Positions 1-9,196 are shown, numbered from the stretch's first letter. The stretch: DNA of 59,834 nt from Candidatus Iainarchaeum sp. (GCA_016867455.1 VGJJ01000002.1:1-59834); one strand, 5' to 3'. The notes: generated by a model not told the origin, from the sequence alone. Numbers and translations are program-made.

Positions 1-5
1 CAATA

Positions 6-80
6 TGCCCCGAGCGGGATTTGAACCCGCGTTTTCACCGTGAGAGGGTGACATCCTTGACCGGGCTAGACGATCGGGGC
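6..80 (-). tRNA. tRNA-Glu (anticodon CUC)
   Basis: The reverse complement folds as a 75-nt cloverleaf. Acceptor GCCCCGA/TCGGGGC, anticodon stem TCACC/GGTGA with loop CTCTCAC, T-arm GCGGG-TTCAAAT-CCCGC. CCA is not encoded. Confidence 0.9.
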
Positions 81-243
81 AACCAGGTTAACGAAAATGA
101 GAAAAACAAGGACCACTTGTACAGGGTTTTATCCCCTGCCGTAGACCGCCTCTCTCACTGGCGTCAATTGGGCTATTTTAGCCAATTATACCATCCTTCC
201 CCACCCAAGCCCTTATATTCGCTTCTTCTCCGACCACTAGTAT

Positions 244-1242
244 ATGGCCAAAAAAACCATGAAAGATGCCTATGCGAGCATTTTCAAGAAGTCCGTGAAA
301 GCCAATGGTGTTCCTGTGTCGGGGATTAATTTTGATGAAAAAGTAGACATCTCCAAACTCATTGCGGGCATTTCTTCCAGCGGTTTCCAAGCCACGCATT
401 TGGGGAAGGCTATTGAGCTTGTGAAGAAAATGCGCGCGGAAAAAGTCACTATTTTTTTAGGATACACCAGTAATCAAATTTCAAGCGGAAATCGTGAAAT
501 TATCCGCTATTTAGTGCAGCACAAATTAGTAGACGCGCTCGTCACCACCGCGGGGGGAATTGAAGAGGATTTTATCAAAACGCATGCGCCTTTTTTTATT
601 TCCGATTTTAGATTAGACGGAGCCAAGTTGAGAGCGAAGGGAATTAATCGCATTGGCAATTTGTTAGCGCCCAATGAGCGTTATATTTGGTTTGAAAAAT
701 TTTTCCAACCCATTTTGGAAGAGCTCGTGCATGAACAAGAAAAAACCAATCATATTTTTTCCGCATCCGAGATTATTTTTCGCATGGGTGAAAAAATCAA
801 CCATCACGACAGCATTTATTATTGGGCCCACCAAAACAAAATCCCTGTTTTTTGTCCCGCGTTCATGGATGGTGCGATTGGAGACAATTGTTACTTCTTC
901 AATTACAATCGCAAGCATGGTAAAAAACTCATTATTGACCAGATTGGCGACCATCACAAACTAATCGAAATGACATTAGATGCGAAAGAAACCGGCATTA
1001 TTGTTTTAGGTTCCAGCCTCGTGAAGCACACATTATGCAATGCTAACATGTATCGAGAAGGTGCCAAGTATGCGGTGTACATGACCACGGCGCAAGAGTT
1101 TGATGGCAGTGATTCCGGAGCGGAACCCGAGGAGGCGAAGAGTTGGGGAAAAATTGCCGCGGATGCGAATACGGTAAAAGTGGTGGGGGATACGACTATT
1201 CTTTTGCCCCTTTTAGTAGTGGGCGCATTTGCTAAAAAATAA
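244..1242 (+). CDS. dys: deoxyhypusine synthase
   Basis: 332-aa ORF with family-typical segments GYTSNQISSGNREIIRYLVQHKLVDALVTTAGGIEEDFIK and DGSDSGAEPEEAKSWGK. A TATA-like CCTTATATTCG lies ~25-35 nt before the ATG. Confidence 0.9.
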   Translation: MAKKTMKDAYASIFKKSVKANGVPVSGINFDEKVDISKLIAGISSSGFQATHLGKAIELVKKMRAEKVTIFLGYTSNQISSGNREIIRYLVQHKLVDALVTTAGGIEEDFIKTHAPFFISDFRLDGAKLRAKGINRIGNLLAPNERYIWFEKFFQPILEELVHEQEKTNHIFSASEIIFRMGEKINHHDSIYYWAHQNKIPVFCPAFMDGAIGDNCYFFNYNRKHGKKLIIDQIGDHHKLIEMTLDAKETGIIVLGSSLVKHTLCNANMYREGAKYAVYMTTAQEFDGSDSGAEPEEAKSWGKIAADANTVKVVGDTTILLPLLVVGAFAKK

Positions 1243-1261
1243 TTTTTGTTTTCTTTTTTTT

Positions 1262-1825
1262 TCACGGATTGAGGAGCACAATGCTCATATTCAGCAAGCT
1301 CGCGAATGAAACCCATGCCCAATAAGGGAGGAGTGGGTACGCGGCTTCTTTTCGAATGCGGAAGAATGCACTTACCGTCATTCCGATGGAGAACCACGTG
1401 AAAATAATGGTTGAGAGTGCAAGTAATGGGTTTTTCCACCCGAAGAAAATAATCGACCATAACACGTTGAGAATGAGTTGCACGGCAAACCAATAATATG
1501 CCGAAAAGAGCAGTGGTTGGTTTTTCTTCACCGCAGTGGAGTGATTATTCCACAGTTGGTAGAGCGACCATCCCATGAATACGTATAACACGGTCCACAC
1601 CGGTCCAAACACCCAATTGGGGGGATTGAAGAATGGTTTGTTGAGCGACGCATACCAGGTGGAAATGCTATCCATCGTGAAAAAGGAACCAATGAATCCT
1701 GCTCCGAGACATATTCCAATGCTCAACGCTAGTTTGAAATAATTGGGAGACGCATTTGGGGAGCGTGTTGAAACGGTTTTCGTTTGGACTGCTTTTCGCT
1801 TGGTGGTCTTTTTTCTCGCTGCCAT
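1262..1825 (-). CDS. tspO: TspO/MBR family tryptophan-rich sensory protein
   Basis: The ORF track gives 1262..1930. I moved the start to the ATG at 1825 (MAARKKTTKRK...), ~26 nt from the centre of a TATA-like box. Trp-rich polytopic signature FFNPPNWVFGPVWTVLYVFMGWSLY. Confidence 0.85.
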   Translation of the reverse strand: MAARKKTTKRKAVQTKTVSTRSPNASPNYFKLALSIGICLGAGFIGSFFTMDSISTWYASLNKPFFNPPNWVFGPVWTVLYVFMGWSLYQLWNNHSTAVKKNQPLLFSAYYWFAVQLILNVLWSIIFFGWKNPLLALSTIIFTWFSIGMTVSAFFRIRKEAAYPLLPYWAWVSFASLLNMSIVLLNP

Positions 1826-1845
1826 GCGTGCTACACCCGTGCGTG

Positions 1846-1856
1846 CCTTATATGGG
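1846..1856. promoter_or_regulatory. palindromic TATA-like box CCTTATATGGG, candidate bidirectional promoter (tspO / hypA)
   Basis: It is centred ~26 nt from the tspO ATG (1825) and ~27-30 nt from the first in-frame hypA start candidate (TTG 1881). Confidence 0.45.
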
Positions 1857-1907
1857 TTTCCGTGTTGAAAGTGAATATTTTTGAACGCGCAAACCGTGTA
1901 TGAGTGC

Positions 1908-2222
1908 ATGCACGAGCAACGTATCCTCAATCAGGTTATTATGGCCGCCAAGCTCGCCGGTGCTACCAAAAAAATTCGGGTGGAAGTGGGAGAACTCTCC
2001 ACCATTTCTCCGGAACACTTGAAGGAACACTTGAAAGGAATGGTCCCCTGGGAAGTGGAGACGCGCTTCGTTAAAGCGGAAGTGAAGTGCGAGTGCAACT
2101 ACAAGGGCTCGCCTAAAATTTTGGAGGAAGGGCATGATTTTGTGTTGTTTGTCTGCCCGAAATGCAGCGCCAAACCCCTGGTGGTGCGCGGCGGAGAAAT
2201 TAAAATTGTGGGTGTGGAGTAA
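1908..2222 (+). CDS. hypA: hydrogenase nickel-insertion protein HypA
   Basis: Starts MHEQRILNQVI, as HypA typically starts MHE. C-terminal zinc motif CECNYKG...CPKCSA (CxC...CxxC). The ORF track start of 1881 (TTG) is an alternative. Confidence 0.85.
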   Translation: MHEQRILNQVIMAAKLAGATKKIRVEVGELSTISPEHLKEHLKGMVPWEVETRFVKAEVKCECNYKGSPKILEEGHDFVLFVCPKCSAKPLVVRGGEIKIVGVE

Positions 2223-2230
2223 GTATTCGT

Positions 2231-2479
2231 ATGTGTCTCGCGATTCCGGGGAAAATTGTTTCCATTGATGGAAAACATGCTATCGTTGATTTTGGAGGCA
2301 TTCGTCGCAAAGCCGATATTTCATTTATTGAAAATCCCGCGGTGGGGGAATACTTACTTGTTCACGTTGGTTTTGGTATCCAAAAAGTAGATGCCGAAGT
2401 TGCGCGTGAAACGTATCGTTTGCTCGCGGAAGTAGAAAAAGAAGAACTGCAGAGGGAACTTTCCAATGACAACCAATGA
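2231..2479 (+). CDS. hypC: hydrogenase assembly chaperone HypC/HupF
   Basis: 82 aa with the N-terminal MCLAIPGKIV signature (essential Cys2). Confidence 0.9.
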   Translation: MCLAIPGKIVSIDGKHAIVDFGGIRRKADISFIENPAVGEYLLVHVGFGIQKVDAEVARETYRLLAEVEKEELQRELSNDNQ

Positions 2480-3485
2480 GTATGTGAAAAAAATTCATGA
2501 TATTTCCCGTTCCATGAACGAGGTTAGAATCATGGAGGTCTGCGGCGGACATACGCATACGATAATGAAGTATGGTATTCGTGAGCTTCTTCCCCAAAAT
2601 ATTAAGCTCATTTCAGGACCCGGTTGTCCCGTGTGTATTACGTCGCAGCGCGACATTGATCAGGTGATTGAATTATCCCTCAATGGAATCAAGATTGCCA
2701 CGTATGGGGATATGATGCACGTTCCCGGAACTAAGATGAGTTTGCGCGATGCACAAGGATTGGGAGCGGATGTCAAGACCATATATTCGACGGATCAATT
2801 GTTGGAAGAAAGGGATCGTGTTTTTTTTGCTGTTGGTTTTGAAACAACAACCCCCATGACGGCTAAATTAGTAGATAAAGGACTCACTATTTTTTGCAGC
2901 CACAAAACCATTCCTCCTGCGATGAGCTTGTTAACGAAGGAGATGAACCTCCATGGTTTCATTGACCCGGGTCACGTTTCGACTATTATTGGGAGCCATG
3001 TTTGGAGTACGCTCGAATTGAATGTTCCTCAAGTCATTTCGGGTTTTCGTCCGGAGCAATTAATCAAATCGATTTATACTCTTCTCGAACTCATTCGAGC
3101 TGAAAAAGTGGAAGTAGTGAATGAATATCCGGAGGTTGTTTTTCCGGAAGGAAATGTTTTGGCCCAGCGTCTTATTCAGAAAACAATGACTCCTGCGGAT
3201 GCAGAGTGGCGCGGTATTGGCACGCTTCCCCTTTCAGGGTTGGCTCCGCGCAATCCTTCACAAGATGCACGCATCAAGTATTCGTCTATTATTCAGCATG
3301 TCGTGAGCGAGGAGAATAAAGATTGCCGCTGCGGAGAAGTCGTTCGTGGGTTGGTGGAGCCCAAGCAGTGTTCATTATTTGGTAAATCGTGCACCCTGGA
3401 TTCTCCTAAAGGAGCGTGCATGGTCAGTCCCACCGAAGGAGCGTGTGCCATTGCATTGCGCTATGGGAAAAGCCTCTCGGAGTGA
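2466..3485 (+). CDS. hypD: hydrogenase maturation factor HypD
   Basis: Motifs MEVCGGHTH, GPGCPVC and GFETT, plus a C-terminal Cys cluster. Overlaps hypC by 14 nt. Confidence 0.92.
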   Translation: MTTNEYVKKIHDISRSMNEVRIMEVCGGHTHTIMKYGIRELLPQNIKLISGPGCPVCITSQRDIDQVIELSLNGIKIATYGDMMHVPGTKMSLRDAQGLGADVKTIYSTDQLLEERDRVFFAVGFETTTPMTAKLVDKGLTIFCSHKTIPPAMSLLTKEMNLHGFIDPGHVSTIIGSHVWSTLELNVPQVISGFRPEQLIKSIYTLLELIRAEKVEVVNEYPEVVFPEGNVLAQRLIQKTMTPADAEWRGIGTLPLSGLAPRNPSQDARIKYSSIIQHVVSEENKDCRCGEVVRGLVEPKQCSLFGKSCTLDSPKGACMVSPTEGACAIALRYGKSLSE

Positions 3486-3491
3486 TCATGG

Positions 3492-4535
3492 ATGAATCAA
3501 GAGGATTGTTTTTTGGATAATTGTCCCCCGTTTGAGGATAGGAGTGTGGATCGAATCAAATTGAGCGAAGGGAGTGGCGGACAAGAAATGCACCGGTTAA
3601 TTCATTGGATTCAAAAAATGCTTCCGCCTTCGACTAATTGGAATAATACTCAGGATGATGCGGCTACGATTCCTTTTCCTTCTACTCACAATGAGAGTGA
3701 AAATAATCACCTTGTCTTTACCACCGACTCCTACGTGGTCACACCACTTTTTTTCCCCGGAGGTAATATTGGGACGCTGGCTTTTTGTGGGACCATTAAC
3801 GATTTGGTCGTCATGGGAGCGGAACCCTTAGGGATTTCATTAGGAATGATTCTGGAAGAGGGTCTTCCCCGCACTCATTTGGAAAGTGTTATTCAAACGA
3901 TTGGTGCGCTTTCGCAAAAATACCATGTTCCCATTGTGACCGGCGATACTAAAGTCATGGAACGAAAATCTATCGACAAGATGGTATTGAACACCAGCGG
4001 AGTGGGTCACGCGGCGCGTGTGCTTAACACCCCCCTGCGTGTGGGGGATGATATTATTGTTTCGGGAAGCATTGGTGAGCACGGTGCTGCTCTCTTAGCG
4101 AAGCGTTTTGATATTGATTCCTCCCTCGAAACGGATAGTCAACCGCTTTTGGATGAAATGCGTGCCGTGCGCCAAAACATTAAACAAGCACGCGATATTA
4201 CGCGCGGTGGATTGGTAGGAGTGCTTCATGAATTAGCGCGAAAAAACAATATTGGAATGCAATTGTCTGAGGAACAAATCCCCATTCGTCGAGAAGTTCA
4301 GCATTTGACCGAGTTATTGGGAATCGACCCTCTTTCACTTGCGTGTGAGGGGCGAATGGTTTGTGCATGTTCACCCGATAATACCCCCGCGGTTGTTTCT
4401 GCTCTCAAAAAGTTTAATGATAGTGCAAACGTAATTGGTCGAGTCACTCAAAAAGAAGGATTGTTTCTTCAAACGTCTTTTGGAAACAAGATTATTCCCG
4501 AACCATCCGGTGTACTAACCCCGAGGATTTGCTAA
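3492..4535 (+). CDS. hypE: hydrogenase maturation factor HypE (carbamoyl dehydratase)
   Basis: AIR-synthase-like fold segments and the diagnostic C-terminal PRIC. Confidence 0.9.
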   Translation: MNQEDCFLDNCPPFEDRSVDRIKLSEGSGGQEMHRLIHWIQKMLPPSTNWNNTQDDAATIPFPSTHNESENNHLVFTTDSYVVTPLFFPGGNIGTLAFCGTINDLVVMGAEPLGISLGMILEEGLPRTHLESVIQTIGALSQKYHVPIVTGDTKVMERKSIDKMVLNTSGVGHAARVLNTPLRVGDDIIVSGSIGEHGAALLAKRFDIDSSLETDSQPLLDEMRAVRQNIKQARDITRGGLVGVLHELARKNNIGMQLSEEQIPIRREVQHLTELLGIDPLSLACEGRMVCACSPDNTPAVVSALKKFNDSANVIGRVTQKEGLFLQTSFGNKIIPEPSGVLTPRIC

Positions 4536-6665
4536 CGCGTAAGCTAGTTGACCAAAGGCTAGTCCCCCGTCTCCGCACGGTACTTTTTCATTTACTTCAT
4601 ACTTTTTCGAAACGAGGAAAGAGGTCATTATTTTATTGTAGGCGCAACCACCCCCGAATACGAATGATTTCCCCCCAGTTGTTTGTGCAATTTCATCTAA
4701 ACCAGTAGCAATGTATTGTTGTACGGTCGCGGCTAAGCGTGAACGATTTTTCATTTTGTTTTCAATCAAATACTCAAATAGTGGAGTAGTCAGTAAAACA
4801 TTATTTTCAATAAATGGAGAAAGGTCATACGGTTCACGTGAATGCGCCTCTAACAACATGGCTGGCCTTCCTTCATACGTTCGCTCATCGCAAAATCCAA
4901 GCAAGTAGGATGCAGCATCGAGTATTCTTCCCGTGCTCGTGGTTAGGGGTGCGTTATATTTTTTCTCCCACTGCGTGGAAAGTATTTCCATTTCATTTGG
5001 TTGAAATGATTGGTGCACATGCTTCGCTGCTTCCTCTCTTGATAAAAATTTTCGTAAAATGGAATAGGTCATTTTGGCCGGTTTCATTGCCGCCGAATCT
5101 CCTCCTAATTGCCATTGTTCCTCGAGATGGCCTATGCGCTTGTTCCCGCTAAACACTTCTCCTCCCCATGATTGACCATCTTCTCCATATCCGGTGCCAT
5201 CGCAAACGATAGCTGTGCATTCATCCATGTTTTTTTCTCCCATCACCGCGTAAGCGTGTGCGGAGTGGTGGTATATTTTTTGGTAAGGAACATTCCATTC
5301 ATCAGCGAGTTTTTGTCCAATATGAGAGGATGCAAACGCCGGGTGAGCATCTCCCACCACCATGCTGGGTTGAATATTCATCCATTTCAAATACTTCATA
5401 ATGGTTTCACGATACCGTTGTTGTGCTTCTGCGCGCGAAACATTTCCAAGATAAGGAGACAAAACAGCTTTTCCTTCATGATAAATGGCAAACGTGTTGT
5501 GTAAATCGCCCCCCATCGCGAGAATAGTTTCATTATTTCCTGAAAGTGCAATGGGTTCCGGAACATACCCTCGGCTCCTTCGCAGAAATAGTTTCTTTCC
5601 GCGAATGAGTTTGACCACCGAATCATCAATAGGATTGGCAATCGTGCGAGTATGGTTGAGAATATACTGCGTGCGCTGTTCTTCTATTTTTGTTGTAATG
5701 GGAATGTCCGGCAAATTTGCGGAAGTTAAAACGATGGGCTCCTCTACCCCTTCAGACAGGAGGGCGTGTAACGCAGTGTAGGGGAGCATCACTCCCACAC
5801 TATCTAATTCGGTCACTCCCGGCATTTTTTTTACTAATGGTAAAACAACAATGGGTCTCGCCGGGGACATCAGAATTTTTTTTTCGGTGTCATCCACGCG
5901 GGCAATTTTTTCCACCATGTGGATGTTCCGGCACAGTACCGCATAGGGTTTGTGTTTTCTTCCCGAAATATGGCGCAACTGACGGACACTATTTTCATGC
6001 GCAATACATGCCCAGTGGAATCCCCCCACTCCTTTGATGGAAACCACTTCACCGGTTTTCAAGAGTTGGATCGTTTTCTGGATAGCATCTCTTGCATTTA
6101 CTGAAATTATTTTTCCAGTATCCAGCAATTGCAATTCGGGTCCGCATGCCGGGCAAGCAATTGTTTGTGCATGATAACGCCTCCCCCCTTCGTGAGAGTA
6201 TTCTTCGCTGCACGCGCGGCACATGGTAAACGCATTCATCGTTGTGGTAACGCGGTCATAGGGTGTTTTTTGAGTCATTGAGTAGCGCGGACCGCACCGC
6301 GTACACGTGGTGAAAAAATAGTGGTATCTTCGATTCGTTGGGGTGGAAAGTTCTTCCTCGCATTCGTGGCAGAGAAACAAGTCGGGTGGAATTTCGGAAT
6401 AACCCATTCCATCGCTTTCTCGAATCCTAAAATCGGAATATTTTTCCTTGTTAAACGTCACGTGATAATAGTCTATGCGCATAGGTGAGGGGAGATTGGA
6501 TAATAGTTCAGCTAGTTTTTCCTGGTTATTGACCTCAATTTTTACAAATCCCCCGCAATTTTGCACATACCCTGTTAGGTTGTTTTCCCTACAAATGGTA
6601 GCAATATAGGGCCGGAAGCCCACTCCCTGCACGAGGCCGTATACGCTGAAGCAGTACATGAACAA
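4515..6665 (-). CDS. hypF: carbamoyltransferase HypF
   Basis: N-terminal acylphosphatase motif VYGLVQGVGFRPY, two CxxC...CxxC zinc-finger pairs, then YrdC-like and Kae1-like parts. It ends with TAG and overlaps the convergent hypE by 21 nt. Confidence 0.92.
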   Translation of the reverse strand: MFMYCFSVYGLVQGVGFRPYIATICRENNLTGYVQNCGGFVKIEVNNQEKLAELLSNLPSPMRIDYYHVTFNKEKYSDFRIRESDGMGYSEIPPDLFLCHECEEELSTPTNRRYHYFFTTCTRCGPRYSMTQKTPYDRVTTTMNAFTMCRACSEEYSHEGGRRYHAQTIACPACGPELQLLDTGKIISVNARDAIQKTIQLLKTGEVVSIKGVGGFHWACIAHENSVRQLRHISGRKHKPYAVLCRNIHMVEKIARVDDTEKKILMSPARPIVVLPLVKKMPGVTELDSVGVMLPYTALHALLSEGVEEPIVLTSANLPDIPITTKIEEQRTQYILNHTRTIANPIDDSVVKLIRGKKLFLRRSRGYVPEPIALSGNNETILAMGGDLHNTFAIYHEGKAVLSPYLGNVSRAEAQQRYRETIMKYLKWMNIQPSMVVGDAHPAFASSHIGQKLADEWNVPYQKIYHHSAHAYAVMGEKNMDECTAIVCDGTGYGEDGQSWGGEVFSGNKRIGHLEEQWQLGGDSAAMKPAKMTYSILRKFLSREEAAKHVHQSFQPNEMEILSTQWEKKYNAPLTTSTGRILDAASYLLGFCDERTYEGRPAMLLEAHSREPYDLSPFIENNVLLTTPLFEYLIENKMKNRSRLAATVQQYIATGLDEIAQTTGGKSFVFGGGCAYNKIMTSFLVSKKYEVNEKVPCGDGGLAFGQLAYALANPRG

Positions 6666-6740
6666 TTACTCTTTTTTGCCATATTTATGCCCACTGCGTG
6701 CAACGATAAGACTCTTAAACGCCAAATTCGACTGCAAACC

Positions 6741-7220
6741 ATGACCCACAAGCTCGCATTGGGATGGTTTTCCTTTTCGTGTTGTGAGGATTCCACCATC
6801 GTGTTTACGGAGCTTCTCAACGACCACTTTGACGAATGGTCGAAAGTCATTGATTTTCAATACATTCGCATTCTCAAGAAAAACAACAAAATACACAATT
6901 TGGACGTGGCATTCGTGGAGGGTGCCATTGTTTCGGAACATGATGCGATGAAGCTTAAGGAAATCCGCAAAAACTGCAAAAAGCTCATTGCCATTGGTTC
7001 GTGCGCCATTAATGGGATGCCTTCTGCTCAACGGAATACGTTTGATGATGGAAAGAAGAAGGAAATAGAATTCCTCATTGAAAAATTTCATTTAGCCGAA
7101 AAAGTCCGCACGCCGGGGGATATTGTTAAAGTGGATGATCGCGTGATGGGCTGTCCCATGTCCGAACAAGCATTCTTGGATGTATTGAACAAGACCTTGA
7201 AGGAGTTTAACATCGTATGA
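6741..7220 (+). CDS. [NiFe]-hydrogenase small subunit, truncated (proximal-cluster domain only), group-3b delta-like
   Basis: 159 aa counted from ATG 6741 (the ORF track gives 6687). FSCCEDS, GSCAINGM and GCPMSE supply only 4 Cys. Segments LDVAFVEGAIVSEHDAMKLKEIRKNCKKLIAIGSCA resemble the sulfhydrogenase delta subunit. There is no medial or distal cluster domain. Confidence 0.8.
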   Translation: MTHKLALGWFSFSCCEDSTIVFTELLNDHFDEWSKVIDFQYIRILKKNNKIHNLDVAFVEGAIVSEHDAMKLKEIRKNCKKLIAIGSCAINGMPSAQRNTFDDGKKKEIEFLIEKFHLAEKVRTPGDIVKVDDRVMGCPMSEQAFLDVLNKTLKEFNIV

Positions 7221-8494
7221 AGGACGTGGACATCTCCATTCAGAATATTACTAAAATTGAGGGTCATGCGAGTTTAGACATTCAGGTGCGCGACAATAAG
7301 GTGAAGCATGTTCAACTCATGTTCACGGAGAATAAGCGTTTTTTCACGCAGGCGATTCGAGGACGCAGTATAGATGTTTTGTCGCAATCCGTGGCGCGCA
7401 TTTGTGGAACATGCTCCATTGCTCACACCATGTGCTGCATTGAGGGAATTGAGAAGGCACTCAACATTATTCCCAGTGAGCAGACGCAGGTCCTCAAACA
7501 ACTCACCATGGATGGACTCATGATTAGAGACCACGCGTTGCATATCTATCTTTTTTCCTTGCCTGACGTGTTTAGCGTGGATAGTGTGTTGGATTTTACT
7601 CCTGAGCACACGCACTTTTTGCATGATTCGTTTGACATTAAGCGCGCGGGAAACAAGTTGAGCACCATCGTCGCCGGACGTGCGGTGCATGCTCCTTTTC
7701 CCGGCGTGGGAGGATATGCTCAAGTTCCCAAAAAGGATGATTTGAAAGCCATTATTCCGGATTTGAAGCTAGCCCGAGAGAAACTCGTGGGTGTATTGGA
7801 TGAATACTATAATTGTCCCGTGGATTATACTCGCTCCACGGATTTTGTCGCATTAGTAGGAGACAAGTTTGATTTTTTGGAAGGAGATATTGTTTCTTCC
7901 GACGGGGACGTGGTGAAAGAAAAAGATTATTTTTCGCACTTGGAAAAAAACGTTGTTCCATATTCTCAAGCCGTGGGATACAAATTTGAAGGAGACACCT
8001 ACATGGTGGGTGCCCTCGCGCGCATTAATTTGAACAAGAAGGGCTTGCATAAGGATACGAAGAGGGATGCTAAGAAGTATTTGCGCGTTTTTCCTTCCAA
8101 AAATATTTTTCACAATAATTTGGCTCAAGGCATTGAAATCATGCACTGCATTGATCATGCGCTCGAAACCATTGAGTCATTTGATTTCAAACCCGAACCC
8201 AAGCAAACGTTTGAGAAGAAAGCATGTGAGGGCGTGGGTGTTATTGAGGCGCCGCGCGGAACATTGTATTATCACATTGACATGGACTCAAATGGAATGG
8301 TGAAAGAGGGAAATATTATTGTTCCGACTCAACAAAATCAAATCAACATGGAGCAGGATATCGCCGTATTAGTGGAGCGTTTGCTCAAAACGCATTCGAA
8401 AGAACAAATAAAGTATGAGATTGAAAAACTGGTTCGCGCCTATGACCCGTGTATTAGTTGTGCGACTCATTTTTTAGAAGTGAATTGGACATAG
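7217..8494 (+). CDS. [NiFe]-hydrogenase large subunit, group-3b alpha-like
   Basis: N-terminal RICGTCSIAH (RxCGxCxxxH) and C-terminal DPCISCATH, followed by a 7-aa tail FLEVNWT. 4-nt overlap with the small-subunit gene. Stop codon is TAG. Confidence 0.9.
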   Translation: MKDVDISIQNITKIEGHASLDIQVRDNKVKHVQLMFTENKRFFTQAIRGRSIDVLSQSVARICGTCSIAHTMCCIEGIEKALNIIPSEQTQVLKQLTMDGLMIRDHALHIYLFSLPDVFSVDSVLDFTPEHTHFLHDSFDIKRAGNKLSTIVAGRAVHAPFPGVGGYAQVPKKDDLKAIIPDLKLAREKLVGVLDEYYNCPVDYTRSTDFVALVGDKFDFLEGDIVSSDGDVVKEKDYFSHLEKNVVPYSQAVGYKFEGDTYMVGALARINLNKKGLHKDTKRDAKKYLRVFPSKNIFHNNLAQGIEIMHCIDHALETIESFDFKPEPKQTFEKKACEGVGVIEAPRGTLYYHIDMDSNGMVKEGNIIVPTQQNQINMEQDIAVLVERLLKTHSKEQIKYEIEKLVRAYDPCISCATHFLEVNWT

Positions 8495-8861
8495 TTTGTT
8501 TCAATTCGTGGAAGATTTCTTCTTTTTTTCTTTCATCATGCGCGGGGGGAATTCCAAAAATAGTGACTCGTTTCAATTTACCCATTTTTTGCATTAATTT
8601 GAGCGTCATTCCCAAATCAAAATCGTGCAACGAATAGGAGGGGGAGGATTTGATCGCGTTCACATCCGTCCACACCATTACGCGAGGGATGTTGATGATT
8701 GTGTCAATGATGATGAGGTGTTCTTCCTCCGGAAAGTTTTCCGTGGGATCAATCTCCACAAAATGCAATGAGGGAAATGCTTCGCATAAACGAGGCAGTA
8801 ATTGGATGGGTAACGCGTCCACTTCTTCGAGGGGGTTTCCTAATACGTAGAGTCGCACCAT
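8454..8861 (-). CDS. hydrogenase maturation endopeptidase (HycI/HoxW/FrhD family)
   Basis: Start moved to ATG 8861 (MVRLYVLGNPLEEVDALPIQ...). Segments HLIIIDTI and SLHDFDL are typical of the family. Its 3' end overlaps the convergent large-subunit gene by 41 nt. Confidence 0.8.
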   Translation of the reverse strand: MVRLYVLGNPLEEVDALPIQLLPRLCEAFPSLHFVEIDPTENFPEEEHLIIIDTIINIPRVMVWTDVNAIKSSPSYSLHDFDLGMTLKLMQKMGKLKRVTIFGIPPAHDERKKEEIFHELKQTMSNSLLKNESHN

Positions 8862-8892
8862 ACCTGTTTTGTGCAGTATGACTAAAATAGTA

Positions 8893-8964
8893 TGCCTCGG
8901 GGGTGATTTGAACACCCGACCTCCGGGTTATGAATCCGGCGCTCTACCACTGAGCTACCAAGGC
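8893..8964 (-). tRNA. tRNA with CAU anticodon (elongator Met or Ile2)
   Basis: 72-nt cloverleaf: acceptor GCCTTGG/CCGAGGC, D-arm GCTC-AGTGGTA-GAGC, anticodon loop TTCATAA, T-arm GGGTG-TTCAAAT-CACCC. Confidence 0.9.
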
Positions 8965-8994
8965 GAACTTTTTAGAAAAAAGTTCGATCAAAAA
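8965..8994 (-). repeat. palindromic intergenic element, copy a
   Basis: On the minus strand it reads TTTTTGATCGAACTTTTTTCTAAAAAGTTC and ends directly at the tRNA 5' end. The arms GAACTTTTT/AAAAAGTTC are 9 bp. Confidence 0.8.
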
Positions 8995-9068
8995 TGGACT
9001 ACTTCGCAGGGTTTCCTTCGTCAACCCCGCAGTAGGCCTTTCTTACTAATTTCGCCCAATGAAGGCTT

Positions 9069-9185
9069 AAAAATGGGGCGATTTATTGACTGCAAATTCT
9101 TGTGAAAGACGTGGGATTGCGAAGCTATTCCCACTATATCGGGATCGAGGAACGAAACCCTCGAGGTTCAAAAATGGGGCGATTT
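9069..9185. repeat. 16-nt exact direct repeat AAAAATGGGGCGATTT (9069-9084 and 9170-9185)
   Basis: Two exact copies lie 101 bp apart. On the minus strand each reads AAATCGCCCCATTTTT(G/A)A. The proximal copy continues as TTTTTAAGCCTT, which also occurs upstream of tRNA-His. Confidence 0.7.
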
Positions 9186-9196
9186 GACCATTACAT

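Noticed and set aside
81-243. Possible small RNA between tRNA-Glu and dys (short hairpins CAGGG-TTTTATC-CCCTG and GGCTA-TTT-TAGCC).
   Set aside because: The stems are only 5 bp. I found no C/D or H/ACA box geometry, and the region is adequately explained by the two divergent promoters.
954-1493. 179-aa minus-strand ORF spanning the dys 3' end and the tspO 3' part.
   Set aside because: It overlaps two confidently identified genes in other frames or on the other strand. It has no recognisable motifs.
8869-9105. 78-aa plus-strand ORF.
   Set aside because: It runs through the tRNA(CAU) gene and the palindromic element, so it is spurious.
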